Part shown: positions 28,103 through 37,900 of the stretch, piece after piece
Position numbering within the stretch: position 1 is the first letter of the stretch
Layout: the number at the start of each line of letters is the position of its first letter
Source: a virus
Length of the DNA: 64,000 nt
Virus record (IMG/VR): IMGVR_UViG_3300036770_008729
Coordinates: 31,359 to 95,358 of that record
Reading direction: 5' to 3' (one strand)
Translations under genes and position numbers: made by a program
Notes under the pieces: model-generated
What the model was told of the DNA's origin: nothing
Seen by the model: only the letters and a program-made list of their open reading frames with translations
Database searches by the model: none

Positions 28103-28638
28103 ACTGCTCCTTGTATTATTATTCTCCACTCACCACCTTTATTATTATAAGAAAATTTAAAATAAACTCCTATTTCAGATTGTATTCTTTTTACTGCTAC
28201 TAAAAAGTCATCAAATTCCTGTGTAATCTTTTTTCTTCTTTTATCTTGTTCGGCCATTTCTAACTCAGCCTCTTTTTTAGTCATTACATCTATCGATGGA
28301 TTATCTTCAAATTCCATTTCTTGAGAGTCCCAAGTTATTTCACCATCTGATGATATTCTACCAGTCATATCTACAAATTCTGTTCTTGCTCCTGATGTGA
28401 TATAAACATCTTCCTTTGGCATCATTCTACAATTAAAATTAGGAAATCCCCAAATAGAAATTGACATATCATCACCAGACCAATCGGTTCTATTTTCAAT
28501 CCAACTCCATCCATTATCTTCAAATTCTATGAAACATTCTTTAATTGTATCCAATACCTGCTGATACACTTTACGCATGTGAATTGCATATGGATGAGTT
28601 TCTTCAGTATTTTCATTAAATCTTTTTAAATGTTTCAT
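28099..28638 (-). CDS. CTS-motif family protein
   Basis: N-terminus MKHLKRFNE. Confidence 0.5.
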   Translation of the reverse strand: MKHLKRFNENTEETHPYAIHMRKVYQQVLDTIKECFIEFEDNGWSWIENRTDWSGDDMSISIWGFPNFNCRMMPKEDVYITSGARTEFVDMTGRISSDGEITWDSQEMEFEDNPSIDVMTKKEAELEMAEQDKRRKKITQEFDDFLVAVKRIQSEIGVYFKFSYNNKGGEWRIIIQGAV

Positions 28639-28654
28639 TTCATATATTTATTAA

Positions 28655-29575
28655 TTATTCTAATCCTAATTCTTGGAGTATTTCATGCAATTTATCTATT
28701 TTTATCATTATTGCTTCATCCTCAAACCATGATTCTAAACCTTCACCTTCATATTCAAAATCATCATCTAAATCAGCATATAATTTCATTGTTGAGATTA
28801 CATCACCTAATTTAAATTTATTGAATACAGGGTCTAGTATCTTATTAAGATTTCCTAAAAGTGAAAGACTATTATCCCACAATCTTCCAAAGTATTTTGT
28901 TTTGATAGCATCACTAACTTTACAGGTATCTAGATAAGTTTTTAATTTATTCCAATCAGGATTTACATAAGTTTTAGTCCAGTTTGGAGTTAGCTGGTTT
29001 CCAAGTTTATCAAATCTATCTATACGAGTTTCTATATGAGCGTAATCTCTTAAAACTCCTAAGTCACTTAATAAAGAAGATGTATATCGAAAGAGAGAAG
29101 GTCTTCTCATATCTTCTTCTCTAAATGCGGCTTTATTTGGTATTTTACCAAAACAATTCCAGAAATCACCTCTATCACCAGTGGCGACTTTTGTTGTATC
29201 AAAAGGAATGACTACATAATCGACAGATTTACCTTTTACAAATCCTGCACCATGTGTGAAAGCTCTTCTTGAAGAAGCGCAACATAAACCTTTATTTCTT
29301 CTCGGCCAACCTTTCCACGAGTCTAAGTTGGAAGTAAGTGTATTATGAACATCGTTTGATGAGTATGGGTCTATTCTAAGAGATGTTGATGACTTTGGAT
29401 CTACTAAAACAAAATCACCTCTATTTTCATCTTTTCTTAAAATAAGAACATCATCAGTATAATCATCACCCCAAGATAAAAACTTTTTGCAATTTTGTTG
29501 CAATATTTTTACTACTTCTTCTTTAGTGAGAATAGTTGATTTTAAAGTTTCATTAAATCTTCTTAAATGTTTCAT
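28655..29575 (-). CDS. CTS-motif family protein
   Basis: N-terminus MKHLRRFNE. Confidence 0.5.
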   Translation of the reverse strand: MKHLRRFNETLKSTILTKEEVVKILQQNCKKFLSWGDDYTDDVLILRKDENRGDFVLVDPKSSTSLRIDPYSSNDVHNTLTSNLDSWKGWPRRNKGLCCASSRRAFTHGAGFVKGKSVDYVVIPFDTTKVATGDRGDFWNCFGKIPNKAAFREEDMRRPSLFRYTSSLLSDLGVLRDYAHIETRIDRFDKLGNQLTPNWTKTYVNPDWNKLKTYLDTCKVSDAIKTKYFGRLWDNSLSLLGNLNKILDPVFNKFKLGDVISTMKLYADLDDDFEYEGEGLESWFEDEAIMIKIDKLHEILQELGLE

Positions 29576-30273
29576 TTTAGGTATTTATCAAAAACTTCTT
29601 CAATTTTTGGTTCTAATTTTGTATAATCTATATCAAATGTTTTGGGCATAATAGATACTATCTCATCTATGTTATATGGCTCTTTTCCAATAGTATACCA
29701 ACTTCTATTCTTTTTCATCCATAGATAAAAAAGAATATAAGCATTTGATTTTTGAATATATTCTTCAGTGTCAATTATTTTATCTAATGACCATTTCTTA
29801 ATTTTTTCAACAGTTCTTTTTTCACAATCAACTTCTATATCAATAGATGTTCTTATTTCCTCGGCAATTACATTTAGATCAACATCCTCTTTTCCAGCCA
29901 ACCATTCATCAGTTTGAACTAATCCTATATTATTAGTCCAAGTAGGATCGTTTTCTAAAAACTGATCCATGTGAGATGATTCGTGTAATAATATAAGAAG
30001 CCAATAAGATATATCTTTTCCCATAGCACAAGCTAGAAGTCTATTATCTCCATCAAAATAACCATTACAAAATATATTTGGTCCTCCTAAAGAAACACCT
30101 TTTTCAGGTGATAGAAAAAGCTTAATGTTATTTTCTTTGGCAAAGTTTTTTAAGTGGTCAATAAATAATTTAACTTTTTCAATCTCTTCTTTTGTTAATT
30201 TACCAAAGTTAAACTCACCACCGTGTGGATTATCTATTTCCTGAAAGTCTTCAAATAATTTTAAGTATCTCAT
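29572..30273 (-). CDS. CTS-motif protein with HEXXH zinc-metallopeptidase-like motif
   Basis: N-terminus MRYLKLFEDFQE. LLILLHESSHMDQ contains HExxH. Confidence 0.5.
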   Translation of the reverse strand: MRYLKLFEDFQEIDNPHGGEFNFGKLTKEEIEKVKLFIDHLKNFAKENNIKLFLSPEKGVSLGGPNIFCNGYFDGDNRLLACAMGKDISYWLLILLHESSHMDQFLENDPTWTNNIGLVQTDEWLAGKEDVDLNVIAEEIRTSIDIEVDCEKRTVEKIKKWSLDKIIDTEEYIQKSNAYILFYLWMKKNRSWYTIGKEPYNIDEIVSIMPKTFDIDYTKLEPKIEEVFDKYLK

Positions 30274-30279
30274 AAAAGC

Positions 30280-30290
30280 TATATATTAAA
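30280..30290 (-). promoter_or_regulatory. TTTAATATATA box
   Basis: Minus strand reads TTTTAATATATAGC about 7-17 nt upstream of the 30273 start, immediately after the methyltransferase terminator. Confidence 0.3.
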
Positions 30291-30320
30291 ATAAAAAAAC
30301 CATCTATAAAGATGGTTCTT
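30290..30320 (-). terminator. rho-independent terminator
   Basis: Plus strand reads aaaaaaaccatctataaagatggtt. On the minus strand this is a hairpin (aaccatct/agatggtt) followed by a T-run. It overlaps the methyltransferase stop codon. Confidence 0.5.
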
Positions 30321-31041
30321 CTAGTCTAAGATTAGCTAACTCACAATACTCTTTAGTAATGTCAAATCCGACATACCTTCTGCCTAACTTATTGGCGACT
30401 GATGTAGTTGTTCCACTGCCATTAAATGGATCAACCACAACTCCGCCAATGTAAGAGTGCATCTTAATACATCTTTTAGCCAACTCTTCCGGAAAGGGAG
30501 CTGGGTGTTTTCTTTTCTTAGCACTTTCTGGTGCGATTACCCAAAGACCATTTGTCCAGTTAATGAACTCTTCTTTAGTTAAGTCGGTTTGACCTTTCTC
30601 AACTATCTTTGGAGAACCTTTATGAAAATTAATAATCATCTCAAAGGGTGGAAGAATTCTTGGATTGCTTGGACTCATCCAACTACCCCAGGCAGTTCTT
30701 TTAGGAATCTGATTTTTATTCCAAATAATAAACTCTCTAAAAGTAAATCCAGCTTCTTGAAATAACCTTGTGAATGTTGAGTAACTTGGTTCATTCAATT
30801 GAGATTGAAAGCAACCAATTTGTAGGCAAAATCTACCACCATCTTTTAATACACGGAAGCTTTCGGAAATCCAAACTTTACACCATTCATAATAAGCCTC
30901 TAACTTCATAGAGTCATCATGGTCTTGATAACTGATATTAAGATTGTATGGTGGTGAAGTAAAGATTAAATCAACAGAATTATTTTCCATTGATTTGAAA
31001 CCTGAGATGCAATCCTGATTGTATATTTTATTAAATTCCAT
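30304..31041 (-). CDS. DNA methyltransferase (beta-class N4-cytosine or N6-adenine)
   Basis: N-terminal catalytic motif IFTSPPYN (SPPY). C-terminal VVDPFNGSGTT is the SAM-binding FxGxG motif. This permuted beta-class order suggests an orphan methyltransferase with no adjacent restriction enzyme. Confidence 0.75.
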   Translation of the reverse strand: MEFNKIYNQDCISGFKSMENNSVDLIFTSPPYNLNISYQDHDDSMKLEAYYEWCKVWISESFRVLKDGGRFCLQIGCFQSQLNEPSYSTFTRLFQEAGFTFREFIIWNKNQIPKRTAWGSWMSPSNPRILPPFEMIINFHKGSPKIVEKGQTDLTKEEFINWTNGLWVIAPESAKKRKHPAPFPEELAKRCIKMHSYIGGVVVDPFNGSGTTTSVANKLGRRYVGFDITKEYCELANLRLEEPSL

Positions 31042-31103
31042 ACTTATTTAAAAGTATATTTTTATTTTGAGAATAAGTTTTTATCTTTGTGTAAAATTAA
31101 AAT

Positions 31104-31292
31104 ATGGCAACAGAAAAAAACATAGTAAAGTTAGAAAAAGAAATCCGAGCTAAAATGATGCAAATTCGCTCCGGTAAAACAACACCCAAAGATTCTGGTA
31201 TTGGTAAGTTAATCAACTTGATGAAAAGTTTTGATGAGCCGTTACACGGACAAATTATGAATGAGTATAAACAATTAATAACTAAACAATGA
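31104..31292 (+). CDS. small hypothetical protein
   Basis: 62-aa ORF with an ATG and a plausible operon position. Confidence 0.3.
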   Translation: MATEKNIVKLEKEIRAKMMQIRSGKTTPKDSGIGKLINLMKSFDEPLHGQIMNEYKQLITKQ

Positions 31293-31298
31293 GTACAA

Positions 31299-31508
31299 AT
31301 GACAAAAACAATTAAATTTATCTTGATTACTTTCGCAGTAATCTTACTCGAAACTCTCTACTTCGAGTTCGCGGTCAGTAGAGAAATTAACCTATGGATA
31401 GGTAGTATCCTTTCCATTTTAGCGGTGTTCCTTCTATTAGGATACGGACACTATATTTACAAACTCCTAATTGATGTATTAAAAATTAAAAACAACGAAA
31501 ACCAATAA
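31299..31508 (+). CDS. small membrane protein
   Basis: 69 aa with two hydrophobic segments (ILITFAVILL and IGSILSILAVFLLLGY). Immediately upstream of the SPFH gene. Confidence 0.35.
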   Translation: MTKTIKFILITFAVILLETLYFEFAVSREINLWIGSILSILAVFLLLGYGHYIYKLLIDVLKIKNNENQ

Positions 31509-31511
31509 ACT

Positions 31512-32495
31512 ATGATTTCACTTATTATTCTTTCAGTTTCAATCCTAATCTCTTTAGGATTTCTCTATTCAACTAGAGATAATGCCTTTACTATCACACA
31601 AGATAAGTATGGCTCAACAAATAAACAATTTAAAATTACATGGTTAACAAAACCAGTTCTTATTTTAATAATTGGTATATTGACCTCTATCATTCAACCA
31701 TTCGCTTTAGAGCGAGTTGATGCTGGTCATGTTGGATTAAAAGTTCAATTATCCGGAGACAATCGAGGTATATCTGATTATCAATATAAAACAGGTTGGG
31801 TAGTTCAGAATACTTGGATTGAAAAATTATATGAGTTTCCTACATTCCAACAACATATTGAATATGGTGACCAAACTGTAATCACAAAAGGTGGTTTCTC
31901 TGCTATCATTAAACCTACATTCAACTACTCACTTAAATCAGATGCTGTTGGTGATATGTTTGAACAATTACGATTAGGAGTTAAAGAAATTGAGCAGGGT
32001 TGGCTTATGACTGCTATTGTTGGTTCAGTAAATGATGTTGCTAATAGATGGGTAGTTGATGATATCTTTAATAAAAGAGAAGAGTTTGAATCAGCCATTA
32101 TCACAGAGTGTAATAAAAGAACTTCTAAATGGTTTATTATCTCTCAATTAAGAACTAACATTGTTCCACCTGACGCACTTAAATCAGCCATCGAAGCAAA
32201 AACAAAAGCTGTTCAAGATGCTCAAGCCGCTATTCAACAAGCACTTGTTGCAGAAGCTCAGGCTAAAAAGAAAATTGCAATTGCTAGAGGTGACTCGGCT
32301 TCTGTTGTTATTAATGCTTCGGGTCAGGCGGCAGCTACTATTATCACAGCTGATGGTGAAGCTAAGGCGATGAAATTAAAACAAGCACAATTATCTCAGT
32401 TGTATATAGATTATATCAGAGCAACCAATTGGGATGGTAAGTATCCTCAAACGATGTTAGGTGGTAATACATCCACTTTGTTGAATATAAAATAA
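31512..32495 (+). CDS. SPFH/band-7 (stomatin/prohibitin-like) membrane protein
   Basis: N-terminal TM helix. HVGLKVQLSG start of the SPFH domain. C-terminal Ala/Gln-rich coiled coil typical of the family. Confidence 0.55.
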   Translation: MISLIILSVSILISLGFLYSTRDNAFTITQDKYGSTNKQFKITWLTKPVLILIIGILTSIIQPFALERVDAGHVGLKVQLSGDNRGISDYQYKTGWVVQNTWIEKLYEFPTFQQHIEYGDQTVITKGGFSAIIKPTFNYSLKSDAVGDMFEQLRLGVKEIEQGWLMTAIVGSVNDVANRWVVDDIFNKREEFESAIITECNKRTSKWFIISQLRTNIVPPDALKSAIEAKTKAVQDAQAAIQQALVAEAQAKKKIAIARGDSASVVINASGQAAATIITADGEAKAMKLKQAQLSQLYIDYIRATNWDGKYPQTMLGGNTSTLLNIK

Positions 32496-32511
32496 TCTAA
32501 ATTGTTAGAAA

Positions 32512-32542
32512 CAAAAAACCCACCATTGGTGGGTTTTTTATT
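32512..32542. terminator. bidirectional rho-independent terminator
   Basis: aaaaaaCCACCAttGGTGGGtttttta lies between convergent genes, with an A-run and a T-run flanking a GC stem. Confidence 0.6.
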
Positions 32543-33428
32543 GTAGGTTATAGGAAAACATTGTATCTGAACCTTCTTCTTTATCATCATTTTCTGAATA
32601 GAAGTTAATTCCCTGATAAACTAATTCTGACATGACTTTCTCAAACATATCATAAGTAGCTCCGTGTTGTTTCATAAAATCTTCAAACTCTCTATAAGTT
32701 ATTTTTTCACCTTTATCTTGTCTTGCTTTTAGTTTAGGAAATAAATCTTCTACAATTTCCTCTACTAATTTGAAATCAGCTTTATCTCTAAATCCAGATT
32801 CAAAGCTTTCGTGAAATCTTTTAATTTTATTTTTACGATAAGGACTTAATAATCCTTTAACATTCCAAGAAGGAATAAATTGTTTATTCTTTTTTTCAAA
32901 ATCTTCATAAGATTCAATTCCTGTATCAACTGGGTTTTGAATATATTGTATGTTAGCTCCTTGTTTATTCATATCAGAAACTCTATCACCAATATCAACA
33001 CCCTTAGTCATTTTACGTAGTTTTTTCCATTGATCAACAGTTTGTTTTCTAGGTAAAGAACCTTCATTTGTTTGTGTTATAACTTCGACTGTTCCATCTA
33101 AATTGAATTTTGCAATAAATGGTGTTTCGATAGCAACATCTCTTCCTCTTAAATCACAAATGATGATTGGTCCGAACTTTTCTTGAAATTTAAGTATTTC
33201 TGAGTTAATAAATTGATCAGGTCCAAAATCTAAAGTTCTACTTACATTACGAGCACTGACTGGTTGATTTGGTAATAAACATTGTTTTTCATCATTAGTT
33301 TCTGCTAAAAATACAAATTGAAATACATCACCTGGATTGTTTTGAATTAAAGAAACTAACTTTCTAGAACCTGTGGTGTATTCCGCACTTCCTCCAAATG
33401 GTTTTAACTGACCTCTAATAATCTTCAT
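32538..33428 (-). CDS. hypothetical protein
   Basis: 296-aa ORF at the end of the CTS sub-operon. N-terminus MKIIRGQLKPFGG lacks the clean motif. Confidence 0.4.
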   Translation of the reverse strand: MKIIRGQLKPFGGSAEYTTGSRKLVSLIQNNPGDVFQFVFLAETNDEKQCLLPNQPVSARNVSRTLDFGPDQFINSEILKFQEKFGPIIICDLRGRDVAIETPFIAKFNLDGTVEVITQTNEGSLPRKQTVDQWKKLRKMTKGVDIGDRVSDMNKQGANIQYIQNPVDTGIESYEDFEKKNKQFIPSWNVKGLLSPYRKNKIKRFHESFESGFRDKADFKLVEEIVEDLFPKLKARQDKGEKITYREFEDFMKQHGATYDMFEKVMSELVYQGINFYSENDDKEEGSDTMFSYNLQ

Positions 33429-33868
33429 TATAATTCGTTAAACTTTTTGATTTTTCCACCATCATTAGAAAGTGATTTTTCACCTTTAAGTGGTTCGTGA
33501 TTTGTCTTTGCTTTTTTAGTAGGAACATCTACTTCTTGTAAAGAATTTTCAGGCTTTAATTTCTTATCCTTTTTTCCAAACTTTATAAAGTTTTGCTTTT
33601 TCATATCTTTACTAAGCTTCTGAGATTTATTATCTATTGCATACATTTTAACAGTTGATGCAACTTCTTCTGAAAGAAACTTTTCACCATCTAATTTTTT
33701 ATTAGAAGGCTTTGTTGATTTCATAATCATTTTAGGATTACTCAATGATTTATCAGCATCTAACTTGTTATTAGTTGGATTTTTAGCTTTTACATGACCT
33801 TGCTCCTTAGCATCATCAGAAAGATTTGGTAGCTCATCATTAATAGGATGTTGTTTCAAATGTTTCAT
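33428..33868 (-). CDS. CTS-motif family protein, Lys-rich with internal repeats
   Basis: Internal Met gives MKHLKQHP. Three repeats of KLDxxKxLS(N/E). Highly basic. Confidence 0.4.
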   Translation of the reverse strand: MKHLKQHPINDELPNLSDDAKEQGHVKAKNPTNNKLDADKSLSNPKMIMKSTKPSNKKLDGEKFLSEEVASTVKMYAIDNKSQKLSKDMKKQNFIKFGKKDKKLKPENSLQEVDVPTKKAKTNHEPLKGEKSLSNDGGKIKKFNEL

Positions 33869-33895
33869 AGTTATATTTATCAATTATTTTTTTAG

Positions 33896-34342
33896 TTAGA
33901 ACTCATCATCATCTATTATAGTTGGATCATATGGATGAAAATCTCTTCTTTTCTTATAGTTAATTGTAGGTTTTTTCTCAATAAAATCTTCTATTTTATC
34001 ATACAACCTTAAACACTCATCATCTATATCTTTTAATTGTAATTCTTTACCATTGTAACTGATAGTTCTGTTGTTATCATCAAGTGTAACATTTCCATCC
34101 ATTAGATATATGATGTAAACACCGGGTTCGATTTCTACTACACCTTTTACAACTTTTATACCATCTTGAAGGCGAGCGGATTGAATAGAGTGATTGTCAA
34201 TCATTCTGTGAATTTTTTCTAATGTATCTCTGTCCTCTTTTTTATCGATGTTCAAAACTCTACGAGTTCCTCTTACAAGTCTTTGCATTAAAGGTTCCTT
34301 TTTAGGCTCTTCAAATTCTTCGAATAATTTTATATACTTCAT
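33896..34342 (-). CDS. CTS-motif family protein
   Basis: N-terminus MKYIKLFEEFEE. TATATATTAA box lies 5-14 nt upstream, plus strand 34347-34356. Confidence 0.5.
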   Translation of the reverse strand: MKYIKLFEEFEEPKKEPLMQRLVRGTRRVLNIDKKEDRDTLEKIHRMIDNHSIQSARLQDGIKVVKGVVEIEPGVYIIYLMDGNVTLDDNNRTISYNGKELQLKDIDDECLRLYDKIEDFIEKKPTINYKKRRDFHPYDPTIIDDDEF

Positions 34343-34382
34343 ATATTATATATTAATTTTTTTTTATATATTTGTAATTGAA

Positions 34383-34907
34383 ATGAATAAATGGAAATTT
34401 ATAAAAGCACTCAACTCACCACTTAAACCATTTAAGTTAAAATTTTACTTTGGTAAAATAAGTGTAGGTGTGCCTTATTTCTTCCCACGTAGAACCGTAA
34501 AAGATCCTGGTAAACCCGGATACCTTAAATTTGTAGATAAAAAATTTGGCATTGATGTAGTTTCACTTGGATGGAAAACTAAATGGAGTAGTACTGATTA
34601 TCGATTAGAATGGGAGCCAAGAATATCATTTGTTTTTTTTAAGTGGCAATTTGTTATCTTCTTCAATGCACCAGAGTCAGAACACTATTGGCCGATTTGG
34701 CTTTACTATCATAATGATACCGATAAGACTAAATCGATTAAAGAAAGAATCGAACAATGTCAACAGGAATATCCCCAGATATGGGAAAGATCTCAAAATG
34801 GAAAAAAAGAGACCATAAATTATTATGACTATGTCTTAAAAGATAAATGGAAAAAGAAACCACTTGATGAGGTTAGAGATAAAAAATTAGATAAGATATT
34901 AAAATAA
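34383..34907 (+). CDS. hypothetical protein
   Basis: ORF from the internal ATG (MNKWKF). The longer 34248 start would overlap the divergent gene. Confidence 0.35.
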   Translation: MNKWKFIKALNSPLKPFKLKFYFGKISVGVPYFFPRRTVKDPGKPGYLKFVDKKFGIDVVSLGWKTKWSSTDYRLEWEPRISFVFFKWQFVIFFNAPESEHYWPIWLYYHNDTDKTKSIKERIEQCQQEYPQIWERSQNGKKETINYYDYVLKDKWKKKPLDEVRDKKLDKILK

Positions 34908-34911
34908 GTTA

Positions 34912-37900
34912 TCAATTTATTTTGTTAACAATTTTGTTTATAACCTTAATATATTCTAAATCTATAATCTTTATTAGGTAAATTCCAGTCTTAGATTCTC
35001 CTAAATCTTGTTTTATTTTAGTAATACCTTGACTAACACTTTGCTTTTTTTGACTTATAAGTTTACCACTAATATCATAAACTTCTATCATAAGCTGTGT
35101 TTGATTTTTAGTAATATATTCTACAACAAACTCATTTTGTGTTGGATTAGGATATACTTTTGCATCCACTTCATCTAATTTAATTTGTGAAGTCTTAACA
35201 ATCAAACTATCATTATTAGGATTTGCTTGTCTTTGTGTTATACAACCAGCTTGTATTACTAAAGTTCTCCAAGTACTAGTTCCACAATTAGTTACTGATC
35301 GAACTGATAAAGTTCCTCCATTGAATCCCGATGAGAATGTAACATCGATTATTCTACTAATGGAAGAACCAGTAGTTCCATTTGGTAACATCCATTGATA
35401 ACTTGTTGCGCCATTTACTGCTACAATACTGTAAGTGGATGTTGCTCCTATGTTACCACATGTTGGTCCTGAGATTGCTCCGGGCACTGGTGGTGTTTTA
35501 CTTATTGATAATGTTCTTGCTGTACTTCTAACACCACAAGCGTTTTGTGCTTGAACTTGTATAGTACCTCCAGTAAATTGTGGACTAAACTGTACTAATA
35601 CATTTCTAGTACCTTGACCTTGAACTATTGTGGCGTTGGATGGTGCTGTCCAAAAATATGAAGTCGCTCCTGATACTGTACTGCTTGAATACAATACATT
35701 ACTTGATGTTTGATCTACATTAGTATAAGCAGAACAAACATTTGTTGTACCTGTAATTCTAGTTGGTGTTGCAGGTGCATTAGTACCCGAACTTGTGACA
35801 GTTAAGGTACTTGGTGATCCAGTACCACAACTATTGATTGATGCCACTGTTATGTTCCCACTTACAAATGAACTTGTAATAGTGACTTGGATAGTATTAG
35901 TACCTTGACCATTGTTTAATGTAATACCATTTGGTACTGTCCAAGAATAACCAATAGTGGCGTCATACATTGGTGATATTGAGTATGAAGTAGTTGTAGC
36001 ACAAGTACTTGTTGGACCACTAATCGGACCTGGTATTCCAGGTAAAGAGTTGATTGTGATAGTAGATGAAGCTGATGATATACAATTGCCTGTTGATGCA
36101 GTGTATGTCATTGTACTTGTATTTTTAGCATAAACTGTATTTCTAATATCACCAGTATAAGATTGTGTTGCTGTTGGATTTATATATAATCCAGTTAATG
36201 GTGACCAGGTTACCATTGTTGGAGCATATATACCAAACTTCATGTTTGGACGATACTTACTACTTATAAGATTGTTTGCTTCATTAAGTGGTTCACAAAC
36301 TGAAAAGTCATTATCATAACCTCCATAAACTGAGTTAAATGAAGTTTGACTAAACTCTACTGCTGAGTTTGTACCAGTACAGTTGCTACAAGAATTGTTT
36401 ACATCATTGTCGTGACAGATCTCTATTACAATATTGTAAAGTGGATTCCATGTAAATGATTGATTAAAAGAATATACTTTCCATCCAACTGTAGGTGCTT
36501 GTTCTTGTCCAGTAGTGTAAACAGTTACAAAAGGACCTACGGTAACACTTAAAAGACTACCACTTTCTGTAATATAACCATAAGATAAGTTGTCATTTAT
36601 GGTGTGAGCTATTTTAATTGTAAAGTTATTTTGGTAACCAGTACCTTGTGATAGTACTTTTAATGCTAATGAATTTATATCACCAGCAACTAAACCAAGT
36701 GCAAGTAATTCTGATGATCTAATTAGATATTGCACTCTTGAACCTTCATAGCTACTTGTATAAGGTGTAATACCTGATTGACCAGTAAGAGTTGTATTGA
36801 CTCCTAATTGACGACTGAATGTAGCTGATCCTCCTGTTGCTGTTAATGTTGTAATTGAATTACTACAAGCAGTTGTTATTGAAGGTGTAACTGATAAAGC
36901 AGATGGTGTTGGGTTTATTTGTATGTCTACAGATGAAGAAGAACTACAACCATCTAAAGTCGATGTTAAAGTATATGTTCCTTCATTATTGTATGTAGCG
37001 TTATTAATAGTTGGTGACTGTTGTGATGATGTATAGTTATTTGGTCCAACCCAACTAAATGTATTACCAATATCAGAACTTCCAATTAAACTTATAGTTG
37101 AATTTTGACATACAGAACTATTGTTTGTACTAGCATCTGTTAAAGGTATAGCTTTTATAGTCACACTAACTGGTATATTTGATGAACCACATTCTGAGGT
37201 AATAGTTAGTGAGTAGTTACCAGCATCAGCATTTGTAGTATTGTCAATTAAGAGTGATGGTGTTTCAGCACTTGGATTGATTGATGGATCAATTACTATA
37301 CTATTTTTATACCATTGGTATTGCACTTGACTACCAGTTGCTACAACTGTTAAATCTATTGGATCATTAAAACAAACAGATGATATTGTTGATGGTTGTG
37401 AAACAATTTGTAAAGTAGGTATTCCAGTTATATTAATAACATCACTAACACTACAACTTCTGTAAGTTGAAGTTAAAGTATAACTATTTAATCCTACTAA
37501 AGCAGATGGTATAGTTGCATTTAAAGTACTTGCTGAAAAACTAGGACCTGTCCAACTGATTGTTGGTGCTACTGTATTTAAAGTAATGGTAATGCTCCAG
37601 TCATTAAATGTACCTATATCACCAGTATAGTCATCAGTAATACGAAGTGTCCAAACACCATCAGCACTTCCAGTTAAGTTAGAAAAAGGTTGCTCAGGTG
37701 TGTATGTTCCTGTGAATGGAGCTGTACCTGATGTTATAGCGGTACCTGAAGTAGAGAATACTGTGTTAACATAGTTGTCACCAGTACTTCCATTATCACT
37801 TGATAAATCTATTGAAGAACCATTTGGAGCAATTAAAGTTAAATCTAAGTCCGCATCAAATGGATGTGTTATGTTTAGTAATACTGAGGTTATTTGATTA

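Noticed and set aside
32538-33428. Counting the 296-aa protein (MKIIRGQLKPFGG...) as a CTS-family member
   Set aside because: It starts MKII but lacks the aromatic-x-x-F-E or I-x-E cleavage pattern within the first 13 residues. It is kept as hypothetical, although it lies in the same operon as two true members.
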